Positions 32,418 through 46,807 of a stretch of DNA of 64,000 nucleotides are shown here, piece after piece (the first letter of the stretch is position 1; each line of letters starts with the position of its first letter). Below the pieces are notes generated by a model, which was not told where the DNA came from, did not search any database, and saw only the letters and a list, made by a program, of their open reading frames with translations. Origin of the DNA: an uncultured Acidobacteriota bacterium (lineage in GTDB: Bacteria; Acidobacteriota; Blastocatellia; RBC074); the NCBI GenBank assembly GCA_963796275.1, contig CAWCKY010000003.1:128001-192000 (forward strand). Reading direction: 5' to 3'. The translations under genes were made by a program, and so were the position numbers.

Positions 32418-33777
32418 GCCCGTGCTGATCATATAATGCTGTGATTTTATTTATGCTGTGCAGGACAGTTGTATGGTGTTTTCCAGCGAACTCGCGGCCG
32501 ATTTCCGGAAGGCTGGCTTTCGTTAGTGTCTTACATAGATACATTGCTACTTGTCTAGGCAAGGCGATATTTCTGGCATTTGATTTTGATTTCAAGTCCG
32601 CCACGCGGAGGCCATAATATTCTGCGACGACTTTTTGAATACCTTCGATCGTTATCGCTCGTTCCTGGTCCTCGACCAGGTTCTTCAAGGCTTCCTGTGC
32701 CAGCGAAATATTGATCGGTTCACCGCGCAGTGAGGAGAGTGCAGTCAACCTGACGAGCGAGCCCTCGAGTTCACGAATATTTGACCTGATCTTGTTAGCG
32801 ATAAAAAGGGCGACATTATCGGGCAGATCGAGTTTTTCGGACTCCGCTTTTTTGCGAAGGATCGCGACCTTGGTCTCGAGATCCGGCGGTTGGATGTCTG
32901 CGATTAAACCCCATTCAAATCGCGAATGCAGGCGTTCTTCAAGCGTTGGAATCTCTCGGGGAGGGCAATCCGATGAGATGACTATCTGTTTCTGTCCTTC
33001 GTAGAGGGCATTGAATGTGTGAAAGAACTCCTCCTGAGTTTGTACTTTGCCGGCCATGAACTGGATGTCATCGATGAGAAGGACGTCAATCGATCTATAC
33101 TTCTCACGAAAAGTCATCGTCTGATTATACCTGATGGCATTAATCAACTCGTTCATGAATTTTTCCGCCGTGATATAGCAAAGCCTCAGGTGGCGATTCA
33201 GTTCTTTCACACGGTGGCCGATAGCACACATCAGATGTGTCTTGCCCAGACCAACACCCCCGTAAATGTAGAGCGGATTGTAGGTTTTCGAAGGGGCATC
33301 GGCGACTGCCAACGACGCCGCATGCGCAAACTGATTGCATGATCCAACGACGAAACTTTCGAATGAATATTTGAGATTGACCGGTAAATCGGTGGGTTCA
33401 GATTCGTTATATGACGGTTTCTGAACCTCCTTCTCGTTTGAGGTCGAGGTTACTGAAGGCGCCACACCATTGTGATTGTTCGATGAGGCGCCGTCCAATC
33501 GTTTGGTTCCGCGCCTTTCCTGCGGCTCGATTTTCGAAGATACTTCGAATGTGATAGCTCGCCCTGCTAGATCTGCCTCTTCCAGAGATTCTTCGAGAAC
33601 CTCACTGTAGTTGTTGACAATCCAATCCTCAAATACACGATCCGGCACACGCAGCCGAATTGTACCGTTATCGCTACCCGCAAAGCTTATTGGTTTGAAC
33701 CATGTTGTGAAACTTTCATGATTGACCCTCTTCTCAACTCCTGAGAGTACAGAGTCCCAAAGATTGGTCTCGCTCAT
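32374..33777 (-). CDS. dnaA: Chromosomal replication initiator DnaA
   Basis: [54 protein letters not shown]. Confidence 0.99.
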   Translation of the reverse strand: MSETNLWDSVLSGVEKRVNHESFTTWFKPISFAGSDNGTIRLRVPDRVFEDWIVNNYSEVLEESLEEADLAGRAITFEVSSKIEPQERRGTKRLDGASSNNHNGVAPSVTSTSNEKEVQKPSYNESEPTDLPVNLKYSFESFVVGSCNQFAHAASLAVADAPSKTYNPLYIYGGVGLGKTHLMCAIGHRVKELNRHLRLCYITAEKFMNELINAIRYNQTMTFREKYRSIDVLLIDDIQFMAGKVQTQEEFFHTFNALYEGQKQIVISSDCPPREIPTLEERLHSRFEWGLIADIQPPDLETKVAILRKKAESEKLDLPDNVALFIANKIRSNIRELEGSLVRLTALSSLRGEPINISLAQEALKNLVEDQERAITIEGIQKVVAEYYGLRVADLKSKSNARNIALPRQVAMYLCKTLTKASLPEIGREFAGKHHTTVLHSINKITALYDQHGHFHRLINSLIDSCK

Positions 33778-33803
33778 AAGTCACCACCATCCGACTTGTA
33801 ATC

Positions 33804-33812
33804 TGTGGATAA
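33804..33812. promoter_or_regulatory. Perfect DnaA box in the dnaA leader (autoregulation)
   Basis: TGTGGATAA 27 bp upstream of the dnaA ATG. Confidence 0.8.
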
Positions 33813-34084
33813 GTCGGTATGACTACATCCGCAAAAATACAAAATATCTCCTCTTAGGAAGAATGCCCACTAAGGCACAACCATAGATTTATGATAGACT
33901 GTAGATTAAGTATGGCAGTAGCAAACTACTGTAAAATCAGCGGCTTATCTCAACTGAGACTACTGTCATCGAAGTGTTTGAAGGCTAGCATAGAGATACT
34001 GCGATTGCAAGATACATATCTGAGCAGGGCTGTGAAAATCTACCGCTCTGTGAAAAATAATTTTATCAATAAAGAGGAATAGTA

Positions 34085-36022
34085 ATGAAAATCGCGCCGT
34101 ACGGATCCTGGAGATCGCCGATAACTTCAGACTCTATCGTTTCAGGCACAGTGGGTTTGGGACAGCTTACACTTGATGGGGATGATGTGTATTGGGTCGA
34201 GACGAGGCCCACGGAAAAAGGGAGGTATACTATCGTCAAATTGAGTCCTGGTGGGGAAAGGTCTGATATCACTCCGCCGGATTTCAATGTTCGCACGCGC
34301 GTGCACGAATACGGAGGTGGAAGTTTTGCCGTGAGCGGCGGCACGATCATTTTCAGTAATTTCACGGATCAACGTCTGTATCGTCAGACAGGCGGTTCGC
34401 AAACGGAGGCGATCACTCCGCCGGCGGAGTTACGTTATGCCGATGGGGTAATTGATTTTAAGCGCAACCGTATCATCTGCGTCCGGGAAGATCACACCAT
34501 CGCGGGGCGCGAAGCCGCCAACACGATCGCCGGGATTGACCTCAAAGGCGAACTCGATCAGCAGGTGCTCGCCGCTGGCGCCGACTTTTATTCATCGCCC
34601 CGATTGAGTCCTGACGGTTCGCGGTTGGCCTGGCTTTCCTGGAATCATCCGAATATGCCCTGGGACGGTTCTGAGCTCTGGGTTGCGGATATATCGGAAG
34701 ACGGCTCGCTCGCCAATAAATCGCTGATCGCCGGTGGTATAGCGGAGTCGATCTTTCAGCCTGAGTGGTCTCCGGATGGAATTTTGCATTTCGTTTCGGA
34801 TCGCACCGGATGGTGGAATTTTTATCGTTTCTCTGATGGCAGGATTGAGCCGCTGTGCGAAATGGATGTCGAGTTCGGCCTGCCGCAATGGGGCTTCGGA
34901 ATGTCGACCTATTCATTCGCGAGCTCCAGGAAGATCATCGGCACATACGTCAAAAATGGTTTCTCGCATTTGGCTATCCTGGAAATATCGACGGGGCGAG
35001 TTGAGACGATCGAATCACCCTACACGCGGATCGAAGGGATCAAATGTTCCTCTCTGGAACCGGGCAGGGCTCTGTTCGTCGCAGGCTCTCCGCATGAATC
35101 TTCCAGTATAGTTGCATTCGATCTGACAAACAGGCGGTTTGAAACGGTGCGTCGCTCAAGCGATCTTGCTATTGATTCGGGCTACATCTCCATTCCGAAT
35201 GCAATAGAGTTCCCTACAGAAAGTGGATTAACCTCACATGCTTTCTTTTATGCGCCAGCCAATCGCGATTTCGCTTCGCCCGATGGAGAGCTGCCGCCGC
35301 TGTTGGTGATGAGTCACGGCGGGCCCACGGCCGCTGCGAGCCCTACTTTCAAACTGGGCATTCAATACTGGACGAGCCGGGGTTTTGCCGTGCTGGATGT
35401 GAATTATGGGGGAAGCACCGGTTACGGCCGCAGCTATCGCGAGCGGCTGAGGGGCAATTGGGGGGTGACTGATGTAGACGACTGCGTGAATGGTGCAAAA
35501 TATCTGGCCGAACTGGGGCGAGTGGATATGAATCGCCTCGCCATCACGGGCGGCAGCGCGGGCGGTTATACAACGCTTTGTGCACTGACATTTCGAGATG
35601 TCTTCAGCGCCGGGGCCAGCTATTACGGCGTGAGCGACCTGGAAGCGCTCGAAGTGGACACGCATAAGTTTGAGTCGCGTTACTCCCACAGCCTGGTTGG
35701 ATCGTACCCGGAAAGAGCGGACCTTTACCGCCAGCGATCTCCCATTCATTTCACCGATCAGTTAAAAGTACCGGTCATATTTTTTCAGGGGCTTGAAGAT
35801 AAAATAGTTCCGCCGAACCAGGCGGAGATGATGGTTGAGGCGCTGCGCGCGAAAAACTTACCGGTGGCATATATAGCGTTTGAAGGAGAGCAACATGGCT
35901 TTCGTCAGGCAGCCAATATCAAACGCTCGCTCGATGGCGAGTTGTATTTTTACGCGCGGGTTTTCGGATTCGAGCCTGCCGATTCGATAGAGCCGGTGGA
36001 TATCTTGAATCTTCGATCGTGA
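34085..36022 (+). CDS. S9 family peptidase (prolyl oligopeptidase/acylaminoacyl peptidase)
   Basis: [19 protein letters not shown], catalytic D in [13 protein letters not shown]. Confidence 0.93.
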   Translation: MKIAPYGSWRSPITSDSIVSGTVGLGQLTLDGDDVYWVETRPTEKGRYTIVKLSPGGERSDITPPDFNVRTRVHEYGGGSFAVSGGTIIFSNFTDQRLYRQTGGSQTEAITPPAELRYADGVIDFKRNRIICVREDHTIAGREAANTIAGIDLKGELDQQVLAAGADFYSSPRLSPDGSRLAWLSWNHPNMPWDGSELWVADISEDGSLANKSLIAGGIAESIFQPEWSPDGILHFVSDRTGWWNFYRFSDGRIEPLCEMDVEFGLPQWGFGMSTYSFASSRKIIGTYVKNGFSHLAILEISTGRVETIESPYTRIEGIKCSSLEPGRALFVAGSPHESSSIVAFDLTNRRFETVRRSSDLAIDSGYISIPNAIEFPTESGLTSHAFFYAPANRDFASPDGELPPLLVMSHGGPTAAASPTFKLGIQYWTSRGFAVLDVNYGGSTGYGRSYRERLRGNWGVTDVDDCVNGAKYLAELGRVDMNRLAITGGSAGGYTTLCALTFRDVFSAGASYYGVSDLEALEVDTHKFESRYSHSLVGSYPERADLYRQRSPIHFTDQLKVPVIFFQGLEDKIVPPNQAEMMVEALRAKNLPVAYIAFEGEQHGFRQAANIKRSLDGELYFYARVFGFEPADSIEPVDILNLRS

Positions 36023-36119
36023 TTCACCGCGAAAACTAAATTGATGAAAAAACTGGCCGGATCAAGATTCCAATGGAGATTTGTCTGATGTTTATCTTGG
36101 TTTAGGGAATTCTTCCAGA

Positions 36120-37406
36120 TTATGGGCGCATCAGTATTACATCCTGCCCATTGCTGAAGATTCCGGCTACGCATCCGGTCATCAATGTCGCAAGAGTAGC
36201 GGCGAACAGAGCACGTAATCCGAGGCTCGCTAGATCATCCCGTCGCGTTGGGGCAAGTGCCGCTGTTCCGCCAACGAAGATCGCCATCGAGGCGACGTGA
36301 GCAAATCCGCATAAAGCGTAGCTCAGGATCACCACCGTGCGCGGATCGGTCAGTTGACCTGACGAGATCAAATTAGCCATATCCTGGTATGAGACGACCT
36401 CGGTTAGAATCACCCGTTCGCCCAAGAGGTGCGATGCTTCCGCGATGTCGGCTCGCGCAATACCGAGAAGCGCAGCGAAGGGGTAGAAGAGCCAGCCCAG
36501 AATTTTGACGAGAGAGATCGGCTCAGCCAATCCCAACCACTTGCTCGGTAATCCGAGAATTTTATCGAGAAGCGCGACCAGGCCCAGAATGGCAATCAGT
36601 AACGCGATGATGCCCGCGGCGAGTTTCAGGCCATCCATCGCGCCGGCGATGATCGCGCTCATCAAATTCCGTGAACGCATTTCCGGCGCTTCCGGAGGTA
36701 TGGTTGAGAACGTCTCGGGTATTTTGGTCTCAGGCAATAAGAGTTTCGTCGTCACTACTACCGCGGGGATCGAGAGTATGGAGGCAGAGAGCAAGTGACC
36801 AGCAATTTGCGGAAATGGTTTGTTCAGGAAGGCGACGTAGATGCCGAGCGTAGTTGATGCCACGGTTGCCATTCCTGTTCCGAGCACAGTGAGCAATTCG
36901 GAGCGTGTCATTTTTTCGAGGTAGGGGCGGATGACGAGCGCGGATTCTACGCCGACGAATATATTTGCCGCTCCGCATAATGATTCGGCGCCGCTGATGC
37001 CCATAGTGCGGCGAAAAATCCTGGCGAAAAAGCGAACCACGATCTGAAGCACTCGCAGATGATAGAGTGCGGCGGAGAAGGCTGAGAAGAAAATAGCCAC
37101 TGGTAAAACCTGGACGACGAGCACAAAACCGATAGATCCTTCCTCACCGGGCGCCGCGGCCAGTGGCCCGAAGAGGAATCTTGTTCCGCTTTTCGAGACG
37201 TCGAGGAGCGCGATCACGGCATCATTGATCCAGATGAATAGGCGCTGCGAGATGGGCAGGCGAAAGATCAGTAGTCCGATCGCGAGCTGCAATCCCATAC
37301 CCCAGAGCACCGTTCTCCATGGCACCTTTCGATGCTCGGACGAGAACAGCCATGCGAGGCTTGCGAAGGCAAAAAAACCGAAAGTAGAGAGTAGATGAAG
37401 AGTCAT
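36120..37406 (-). CDS. Concentrative nucleoside transporter (NupC/CNT family)
   Basis: [33 protein letters not shown]. Confidence 0.92.
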   Translation of the reverse strand: MTLHLLSTFGFFAFASLAWLFSSEHRKVPWRTVLWGMGLQLAIGLLIFRLPISQRLFIWINDAVIALLDVSKSGTRFLFGPLAAAPGEEGSIGFVLVVQVLPVAIFFSAFSAALYHLRVLQIVVRFFARIFRRTMGISGAESLCGAANIFVGVESALVIRPYLEKMTRSELLTVLGTGMATVASTTLGIYVAFLNKPFPQIAGHLLSASILSIPAVVVTTKLLLPETKIPETFSTIPPEAPEMRSRNLMSAIIAGAMDGLKLAAGIIALLIAILGLVALLDKILGLPSKWLGLAEPISLVKILGWLFYPFAALLGIARADIAEASHLLGERVILTEVVSYQDMANLISSGQLTDPRTVVILSYALCGFAHVASMAIFVGGTAALAPTRRDDLASLGLRALFAATLATLMTGCVAGIFSNGQDVILMRP

Positions 37407-37599
37407 CGTGTGTCCTAGTCAAGTGTCCTTGTATCTTGAATCGGGAGTCGAGGCTAAACTACAGTCGCGATACCGGGTCTTTTTTCAGACTCACGGCATC
37501 AGACTCTGATCTCGACCTCAACATCAATCTTGCATTGTTACTCATCTGTGTGGGAAGCTACCGCCGCAATTCATTTCCTAAAACGAGGCGAAACGGAGC

Positions 37600-38355
37600 G
37601 TGATTCTAAAAGTCTTCCCTTCAAAAATCCAACTGGCTGAGGCGGCAGCCTCACACGCCGCCGACATAATAGAGCAATCGATTGCGGAAAACGGCAACGC
37701 CCGGATAATAGCCGCCACGGGAGCATCGCAGTTCGATTTTCTGCAGTCCCTGATCGGAAGAACAGGCCTGGACTGGAAGCGAGTTGAGATGTTTCATCTC
37801 GATGAATATCTGGGTCTCCCGGTATCGCATCCGGCAAGTTTTCGCAAATACCTGCGCGAGCGTTTGATCGAGCCGACGGGGATCGAAAATTATCATCTCA
37901 TAGATTCTGAGTCTGACCCCATAGAAACCTGTCGACGGACCGGCGAGGCGCTAAATTCTGCGCGGATAGACGTAGCTTTCGCGGGCATCGGTGAGAATGG
38001 ACATCTCGCTTTCAACGATCCGCCGGCGGATTTCGATATTGAAGATGCTTATCTCGTGGTCAATCTCGATGAAGCCTGCCGGCGCCAGCAATTGGGAGAA
38101 GGCTGGTTTGCGAACCTCGATGAAGTCCCGAAGAGGGCGATTTCGATGAGCGTCCAACAACTGCTGAGGGCTCGTGAGATCATTTGTGTTGTACCGGATG
38201 TGCGCAAAGCCGAGGCAGTCAAAAACTGTCTCGAGCGTGAGATCAGCCCGCTGTTCCCCGCTTCGATTTTACGCAGGCACGAAAAAACCACCGTTTATCT
38301 TGATTCGGAGAGCGCTTCATTACTGAGCCTGGATTTACGGAAGAAGTACACTTGA
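37600..38355 (+). CDS. nagB: Glucosamine-6-phosphate deaminase-like (NagB family)
   Basis: [29 protein letters not shown]. Confidence 0.8.
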   Translation: MILKVFPSKIQLAEAAASHAADIIEQSIAENGNARIIAATGASQFDFLQSLIGRTGLDWKRVEMFHLDEYLGLPVSHPASFRKYLRERLIEPTGIENYHLIDSESDPIETCRRTGEALNSARIDVAFAGIGENGHLAFNDPPADFDIEDAYLVVNLDEACRRQQLGEGWFANLDEVPKRAISMSVQQLLRAREIICVVPDVRKAEAVKNCLEREISPLFPASILRRHEKTTVYLDSESASLLSLDLRKKYT

Positions 38356-38498
38356 GAAGTCGGAAATTCAAGGCTGGGCGATACACTGAAACGATGATGA
38401 GGTTATGCATCGTTTGCTGAGTGTGAAGCTTCGCCAGCCGGGCATGAATGGAGTCCCGCACGCCGAAGCGAGCGTGCCGGGCATTTCAGAGGAGAGTT

Positions 38499-39542
38499 AT
38501 GGCGAAAAACGCGCGAACCGCAATTATTCGTTCGACACTTCTGGTAATTTTCGTATTTTCCATCTCGCTGCTGGACAAACAGGGTGGCGTGGCGACAACT
38601 CAAACGACCGAAATAAAGATCGGCATCATCGGCTGCGACACTTCGCATGTTACCGCATTCACCAAACTGCTCAACGACAAAAATGATCCGAACCACATAC
38701 CTGGTGCGCGAGTAATCGCAGCGTTCAAGGGCGGGAGCCCGGACATTGAGTCAAGCCGCAACCGCATCGAGAGGTTCACCGCCGAGTTACAGGAGAAATG
38801 GGGCGTCGAGATCGTCGGCTCGATCGAGGAGCTCTGCAAGAAGGTGGATGCCGTCTTGTTGGAGAGCGTGGATGGGCGGCCGCATTTGAATCAGGTGCGG
38901 CCGGTTCTGGCGGCCGGGAAACGCGTGTTTATCGATAAACCCTTTACAGCCGGCTATGCCGAAGCACACGAGATCGCCCGGGTGGCCCGTGAATCGAATG
39001 TGCCGTTCTTCAGTACGTCGAGTTTGCGCTTCTCCGCCGATGTACAGGCGCTCAAGAACAGTGACAAACACGGCGGCATTATCGGCGCATTCTCTTTCGG
39101 CCCCGCTCCGACGGAGCCGCATCATCCCGATCTTTTCTGGTACGGCATTCATGCGGTCGAAATGCTTTATACCCTGATGGGGACGGGTTGTGAAACGGTC
39201 ACGCGCACTCATGCGGACGGCGCCGACGTTGTGGTCGGTAAATGGAGGGATGGCCGTATCGGGATGATGCGCGGTATCCGCGAAGGAAAGCAAGATTACG
39301 GTGCGGTTGTTTTCGGAAAAAAAGCCTCGCTTCAAACTCCACTGCCGATGAAGTCAGATTACCGTCCCCTGGTCGTGGAGATCGTAAAGTTCTTTCAAAC
39401 GGGAATGCCGCCCGTGCGACCGGATGAAACGCTCGAAATCATGGCCTTTATGGAAGCCGCCGATTTAAGTAAAACGCGTGGCGGCGTCCCGGTTATGCTT
39501 TCCGAGATCACGCGGAAGTTCGGCGAGAACAGACGGCCCTAG
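38499..39542 (+). CDS. Gfo/Idh/MocA family oxidoreductase with an N-terminal signal sequence
   Basis: [31 protein letters not shown]; GAGGAG RBS before ATG 38499. Confidence 0.85.
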   Translation: MAKNARTAIIRSTLLVIFVFSISLLDKQGGVATTQTTEIKIGIIGCDTSHVTAFTKLLNDKNDPNHIPGARVIAAFKGGSPDIESSRNRIERFTAELQEKWGVEIVGSIEELCKKVDAVLLESVDGRPHLNQVRPVLAAGKRVFIDKPFTAGYAEAHEIARVARESNVPFFSTSSLRFSADVQALKNSDKHGGIIGAFSFGPAPTEPHHPDLFWYGIHAVEMLYTLMGTGCETVTRTHADGADVVVGKWRDGRIGMMRGIREGKQDYGAVVFGKKASLQTPLPMKSDYRPLVVEIVKFFQTGMPPVRPDETLEIMAFMEAADLSKTRGGVPVMLSEITRKFGENRRP

Positions 39543-39568
39543 CTTCAATTAAACCGAGGAAACCCAAC

Positions 39569-41009
39569 ATGAGCAAAATTTCGGTTCGCTCCTTTTCAAC
39601 TATACTGTTAGCCGCTGCCGTGGCAATCCTATCAGCTTGTAATCCCTCCGGGACGCCCGCCGGCGGCACATCGTCTGCCAACCAATCTCAAGATATGTCC
39701 GAAGTGAAAATTATTACGCTGGAACCCGGCCATTTTCATGCGGCGCTCGTTCAGAAAGAGATGTATCCGGGGGTGTCGCCGAAAGTGCATGTCTACGCTC
39801 CGTTGGGATACGATCTGACCGAACATCTCAACCGCATCGCCCGCTTCAACCTGCGGGCGCAGAATCCGACTAAATGGGAGCTCGAGGTGCATGCCGGGCT
39901 CCGATTCACTGGCCCGCCTGCTGAAGGAGAAACAAGGCAATGTGGTCGTTATCTCGGGACGGAATCGAGGCAAAATCGATCGCATAAAAGCCGCGATCGA
40001 TGGAGGGATGAATGTACTGGTGGACAAGCCCTGGATTATCAAGTCGGAAGATTTTCCCAAGCTCGAGGCGACGCTGAATGCCACGGGGAACCTCATCGCA
40101 TACGACATCATGACCGAGCGATACGAGATCACCACGATCTTACAGAAAGAGTTGCTTGCTGCCCCCGAAGTATTCGGTGAGATCGTCAAGGGGTCGGAGC
40201 AAGATCCGGCAATTTATATCGAAAGCGTTCATCACATTCTGAAAATAGTTGCCGGGGCCCCCAACATACGCCCGGCATGGTTCTTCGATGTAACGCAGCA
40301 GGGAGAAGGTGTATCCGATGTCGGCACGCACCTTGTTGATCTTGTTCAGTGGATGGTATTCCCCGAGCAATCGATCGATTATCGCAAGGACATCGACGTG
40401 CTTTCAGCCAGGCGCTGGCCGACGGTGATGACGCTCGACCAATTCAAGCGCGTAACGAACGAGCCGAAATTTCCGGAATTCCTGGATTCCAACGTGAAGA
40501 ATGAAAAACTCGATTATTTCTGCAACGGATCTATGACATACGCATTGCGAGGAGTGCATGCCAAACTGGACGTAGTGTGGAATTATGAAGCGCCCGCCGG
40601 CGGCGGTGATACCCACGTGGCCGTCTTCAAAGGCACGAAATCGCGCCTGGAAATACGGCAGGGTAAGGAAGAGGGTTGGAAGACGGAGCTGTATGTAGTT
40701 CCGAATAATCCTTCTGAAAAAGGGGAAATCCTGGCCGCACTGAAGAAGAAGGTCGATGCGCTGCAGTCAAAATACCCGGGTGTCGTGATCGAGGAGAAGG
40801 GCGAGAAGTTCAAAGTAGTAGTGCCCGACAAATTCCGCGACGGACACGAGGCTCATTTCGCCGAGGTAACCAGAAGGTTTCTTGAATATCTGCGAAATCC
40901 GCAGGCGATGCCTGCTTGGGAGAAACCGAATATGCTGGCTAAATACTATACTACGACAAAAGGGCTGGAGTTGAGTTATCGTAATGCCACGGCATTGAAG
41001 TCAGAGTGA
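39569..41009 (+). CDS. Lipoprotein oxidoreductase (Gfo/Idh/MocA-like, 'putative oxidoreductase C-terminal domain' type); apparent +1 indel at GGG 39896-39898
   Basis: Lipobox [19 protein letters not shown]; joins GSDSLARLL...VLVDKPW...DIMTERYE...DVGTHLVD after removing one G. Confidence 0.75.
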
Positions 41010-41013
41010 GATG

Positions 41014-41094
41014 GAAGCAAACGGCAAAAAAGAACAAAAGACAAAAAGACTCTGTCTCATTTGTCTCTTTAAACTTTTTTGCCGTTTTTACTTC
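41014..41094. repeat. Palindromic intergenic element
   Basis: GAAGCAAACGGCAAAAAAG...CTTTTTTGCCGTTTTTACTTC arms with inner AGACAAA/TTTGTCT. Confidence 0.6.
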
Positions 41095-41120
41095 AGTATT
41101 CCTCCTATACCGGAAGCTGT

Positions 41121-42488
41121 ATGAATTACAAAAATAACGTTTTAGAACTGATCGGCGACACGCCACTAGTAAAACTGAATAAGGTCTCGCGAGATTTGAA
41201 GCCGTTGGTATTGGCCAAGATGGAATCGGTCAATCCCGGCGGCAGCGTGAAAGATCGCATCGGTCTAGCCATGATCGAGCGCGCCGAGCGGAATGATGAA
41301 CTGAGACCGGGCGGCACGATAGTCGAGGCGACCAGCGGCAATACGGGTATAGGTCTTGCGCTCGCCTGCGCTATCAGAGGATATCGCAGCGTTTTCGTGA
41401 TGACTGACAAGTGCAGTCAGGAGAAGGTGCGATATTTGAAGGCTCTCGGCGCGGACGTAATTGTCGTTCCCGCAGCCGCAAAACCGGATTCGCCGGAGCA
41501 CTACGTCAACACAGCCCGCCGCATCGCTCTTGAGACTCCGAACGCTATCATGGCTTTTCAGTACGGAAACCCGGCCAATCCTGAGGCCCATTACAGAACG
41601 ACCGGTCCGGAAGTTTGGGACGCCACGGAAGGCCGCGTCACTCATTTCGTCGCGGGGATTGGCACCGGGGGCACGATCAGCGGGACCGGCAGGTTTCTCA
41701 AAGAGAAGAACCCCAATATCAAGGTGGTCGGAGCCGACCCTTACGGATCGGTCTTCAAAACATTCAAGGAGACCGGCAAGCTGATGGAGTCCACGCCTTA
41801 TCTGGTGGAGGGGATCGGTCAGGAAATTATCCCCGAGAATGTTCATTTCAAATATATCGACCAGATCGTCAATGTGACGGATCGCGATTCATTCAATATG
41901 GCGCGGCGTTTAACGCGCGAGGAAGGCATCTTCTGCGGGGGAAGCAGCGGCACAATCGCCTGGGCGGCTCTCAAGATAGCCGAGAGTTTAACTGAAGATG
42001 ATGTCATAGTCTTCATCATCTGCGACACCGGTGAGCGTTACCTGTCGAAGTTCCTCTCCGACGAATGGATGAAAGAGAAGCGTTTGCTCGGTTTCGAAAG
42101 AATGACGCTGGGTTTGATTATCGAGATGAAAATGCATGTCGCGCCGCGGCTGGTTTCGGTGACGCCGGATGATCAGGTAGCGGATGCACTACAGTTGATG
42201 AACAGTCATGGGCTCTCACAGTTGCCGGTACTGGCTGATGGCAATTCGGTCGGCAGCATTCGCGAGGGCCGCGTAATGTCGCAACTGCTCAACAACCGGG
42301 AGCTTCTGCACGCACCTGTCAGCGAAGTGATGGATGCGCCATTTCCGGTCGTGAACGAAAACGTCGAGGTCGAGCGAGCAACCAAATATCTCAAACATTC
42401 GCCGGCGATCCTTATCGAAGAATACGGGCGGATAGTCGGAATCGTTACCCGCTTCGATGTCCTGGACATCAACAGCAGTGGCGGTTAG
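41121..42488 (+). CDS. Cystathionine beta-synthase / cysteine synthase with a C-terminal CBS pair
   Basis: [11 protein letters not shown] (PLP lysine), [24 protein letters not shown]-terminal CBS domains. Confidence 0.92.
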   Translation: MNYKNNVLELIGDTPLVKLNKVSRDLKPLVLAKMESVNPGGSVKDRIGLAMIERAERNDELRPGGTIVEATSGNTGIGLALACAIRGYRSVFVMTDKCSQEKVRYLKALGADVIVVPAAAKPDSPEHYVNTARRIALETPNAIMAFQYGNPANPEAHYRTTGPEVWDATEGRVTHFVAGIGTGGTISGTGRFLKEKNPNIKVVGADPYGSVFKTFKETGKLMESTPYLVEGIGQEIIPENVHFKYIDQIVNVTDRDSFNMARRLTREEGIFCGGSSGTIAWAALKIAESLTEDDVIVFIICDTGERYLSKFLSDEWMKEKRLLGFERMTLGLIIEMKMHVAPRLVSVTPDDQVADALQLMNSHGLSQLPVLADGNSVGSIREGRVMSQLLNNRELLHAPVSEVMDAPFPVVNENVEVERATKYLKHSPAILIEEYGRIVGIVTRFDVLDINSSGG

Positions 42489-43678
42489 TTCTTCTGCCGC
42501 AATAAAAGCGCGCTTATCAACATATGCCTTCTCTCCCTGTTGGAAATGACCATCGCAATGGCAGCGGCGATGTATATCCCGCTGAATATGTACCTGATCG
42601 ATTCCTGGGTGAAAAAGAAATTTCCGAGGAAGAGAACCATAAGCATTATCGCCTCCCATAAAGAGAAACGGAGGTCGCAGATAACTATGGCGGCGAATAG
42701 CGATTGAGCTGATGTGAGCAATAATTCTTCCCTTTGCCGGTGATCCAATTCCATCGGGCCTAGCGATCCGGCAGAAATCGCATAGACGAGAGGGATCGCG
42801 CCGACGAGCAGAGTCCACTGGTTAACCTTGGATGATAGCAGCGCGCCAATGCCGGTAGAGCCCCTGCCCTTTAATGCGAAGAGTATTGCGATAATCACTT
42901 CAGGTGATTCGGAGGCCAGGGGAGCCAGCCATTGCACGAGCAGGAATTCATCGATGCCGAAACGCTTACCCGTATGAACCAAACCTTCAGCGAAGGGATC
43001 GGCTGACAGCCAGATGGCGAAACCGGCGAATGCAAACATCAGCAGGACCATTAACCTTCTACCCCTGTCGCCCAGTTTCCCATCGAGCCATCCTGCAATG
43101 CCTTCGGGAGCCTCTTCGTGCCTCTCACCTTGCGCGGCGCGAGCTGCATAGTACATGAACATGGCGAAAAAGATCGCCATATCTACCAGAGAGAGAGTCC
43201 CTTTGATGGGCAGGATAAACGAGTAGACGGTCGCCAGAAGAAGGAGGCTCAGCTCCAAACTTTGCGAACGGTCGAGCGGGACATCCTTTCGACGAAATCT
43301 GAAGTAGAAGATGATCGCCACCAGCGGCCAGCCGATGCCGATTAAGACACGGTTGGCGCCTGTCATGTTAGCGACCGCGTAGGCTCTATATTCCGGATTC
43401 TTGCCTGCATCCCAGGCGAAGTTGAGGTCGACCGCGTATTCGGGCAAGACGCTGATGAGCGCAAGCGCGATCAATGCCAGCGAGCGAGGAATATCGCGTT
43501 CTGAAAGCTCCGCTCCCCAGCTCAAAACGAACGCGGCGCCAATGATCGCCAGACCAGTGATGATAGAGACAAATCGCGGATTGGTTTCTAGAAGGTGGTG
43601 TTGCTGCCCCGTCAGTGCCAATATCATCCAGGGGAGCGGTAGGAGTAAGGCGACGAGCAACCAGAGTAATAATTTCAT
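42485..43678 (-). CDS. Sodium:calcium (CaCA) antiporter family protein
   Basis: Two alpha-repeats (LPEYAV...ANMTGAN; ASESPE...LLSSKVNQ); many TM helices. Confidence 0.85.
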   Translation of the reverse strand: MKLLLWLLVALLLPLPWMILALTGQQHHLLETNPRFVSIITGLAIIGAAFVLSWGAELSERDIPRSLALIALALISVLPEYAVDLNFAWDAGKNPEYRAYAVANMTGANRVLIGIGWPLVAIIFYFRFRRKDVPLDRSQSLELSLLLLATVYSFILPIKGTLSLVDMAIFFAMFMYYAARAAQGERHEEAPEGIAGWLDGKLGDRGRRLMVLLMFAFAGFAIWLSADPFAEGLVHTGKRFGIDEFLLVQWLAPLASESPEVIIAILFALKGRGSTGIGALLSSKVNQWTLLVGAIPLVYAISAGSLGPMELDHRQREELLLTSAQSLFAAIVICDLRFSLWEAIMLMVLFLGNFFFTQESIRYIFSGIYIAAAIAMVISNRERRHMLISALLLRQKN

Positions 43679-43706
43679 TCTTATCTCGATTTCAGAGTAA
43701 TTATTA

Positions 43707-44120
43707 TTATTCGCCTATGATTTTGATAATTACTCTTTTCGACCGCTGTCCGTCGAATTCGGCATAAAAAATCTGCTGCCAGGGGCCTAAAGTTAATCGT
43801 CCATCAGTGATCGGAACGAGGACCTGATGGTGTAGTAAAAGATTTTTCAGATGAGCATCCGCATTGTCTTCGCCGGTTTGATGATGGCGATAATCGGGTC
43901 TGGCAGGCGCCAGCTTATCGAGCCATTCTTCAATATCCGCTATCAATCCGTCCTCGTCGTCATTGATATAGACGGATGCGGTGATGTGCATGGCCGAAAC
44001 AAGCGCCAGTCCTTCTTTGATGCCGCTTTCCGCTATGCCCGTCGAGAGTTCTTCCGTGATGTTAATAAAATCGCGTCGTTTTTCAGTATGGAATGTCAGA
44101 TACTTTGTGTAAGCTTTCAA
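43707..44120 (-). CDS. yjbQ: YjbQ/UPF0047 family protein
   Basis: [28 protein letters not shown]. Confidence 0.9.
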   Translation of the reverse strand: MKAYTKYLTFHTEKRRDFINITEELSTGIAESGIKEGLALVSAMHITASVYINDDEDGLIADIEEWLDKLAPARPDYRHHQTGEDNADAHLKNLLLHHQVLVPITDGRLTLGPWQQIFYAEFDGQRSKRVIIKIIGE

Positions 44121-44202
44121 TTCGGTTAGCCCTCAGAAGAGAATATAGACCAGGCAGGATACAATACTTGATCATCTGCGTCTACGATAGACAGCGGTGG
44201 GA

Positions 44203-44230
44203 TTGAATGCTGATCGCGGGCAGGTATAAT
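44203..44230 (+). promoter_or_regulatory. sigma70-type promoter for the Nfu gene
   Basis: TTGAAT-N16-TATAAT upstream of GAGGAGG and ATG 44255. Confidence 0.55.
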
Positions 44231-44254
44231 TGATATACTTGCAGAGGAGGAAAA

Positions 44255-44803
44255 ATGCCTAAAATAGCAGATATAGAATACACGCCCAATCCGAATGCGG
44301 TGAAGTTCGTTCTCAAAGAGCCGGTAACCAGCGGCGCGTCACGATCATTTCAGAACGCTGAAGCTGCTCGGTCTGATGCGCTGGCGGACTCGCTTTTCAA
44401 AGTCGGTAATGTGACGTCGGTCTTTTACATGGATCGCTTCATCACCGTGAATAAAGAAGATGAAGTCAGTTGGGAAGACTTATTGAAAAAACTTGCCGAA
44501 CCGATCCGTTCATCACCTTCGGTCGCTGATCTCCCGACAGAGGAAACGAATAAGTCGACATACATCGAGGGAGAAAATCCATTGCTGGATCGGATAAACG
44601 AAGTCTTCGATGAGAGGATCCGTCCTGGGTTAGCCGGAGACGGCGGAGGTTTGGAGATCATCGGGCTCGACGACAAAAAACTCTTGATACGCTATCAGGG
44701 TGCGTGCGGGAGTTGTCCCAGTGCCATCGGCGGAACTCTGATGGCTATCGAGAATATGCTAAAGGAAGATGTAGATCCGGATATTGAGGTCGTCTCAGTA
44801 TAA
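44255..44803 (+). CDS. NifU/Nfu family Fe-S carrier (Nfu_N + NifU-C)
   Basis: [27 protein letters not shown]. Confidence 0.92.
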   Translation: MPKIADIEYTPNPNAVKFVLKEPVTSGASRSFQNAEAARSDALADSLFKVGNVTSVFYMDRFITVNKEDEVSWEDLLKKLAEPIRSSPSVADLPTEETNKSTYIEGENPLLDRINEVFDERIRPGLAGDGGGLEIIGLDDKKLLIRYQGACGSCPSAIGGTLMAIENMLKEDVDPDIEVVSV

Positions 44804-44879
44804 TTGAAAATTGATATTTGATAATTCGTATGAATGGTTGCCATGGTATATACGAATTATCAATTATCAATTATCAATT
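44802..44879. repeat. 30-bp-arm hairpin built from AATTGAT heptamers; probable bidirectional terminator
   Basis: AATTGAAAATTGATATTTGATAATTCGTAT pairs with ATACGAATTATCAATTATCAATTATCAATT (2 mismatches), between convergent genes. Confidence 0.75.
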
Positions 44880-44882
44880 TTC

Positions 44883-46805
<1,923 letters not shown>

Positions 46806-46807
46806 CT

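Noticed and set aside
22079-34025. CATATCTGAGC present at both putative inversion ends (22079 and 34015)
   Set aside because: The copies are in direct orientation, which would not produce an inversion, and an 11-bp match between two ~300-bp regions is only marginally unlikely.
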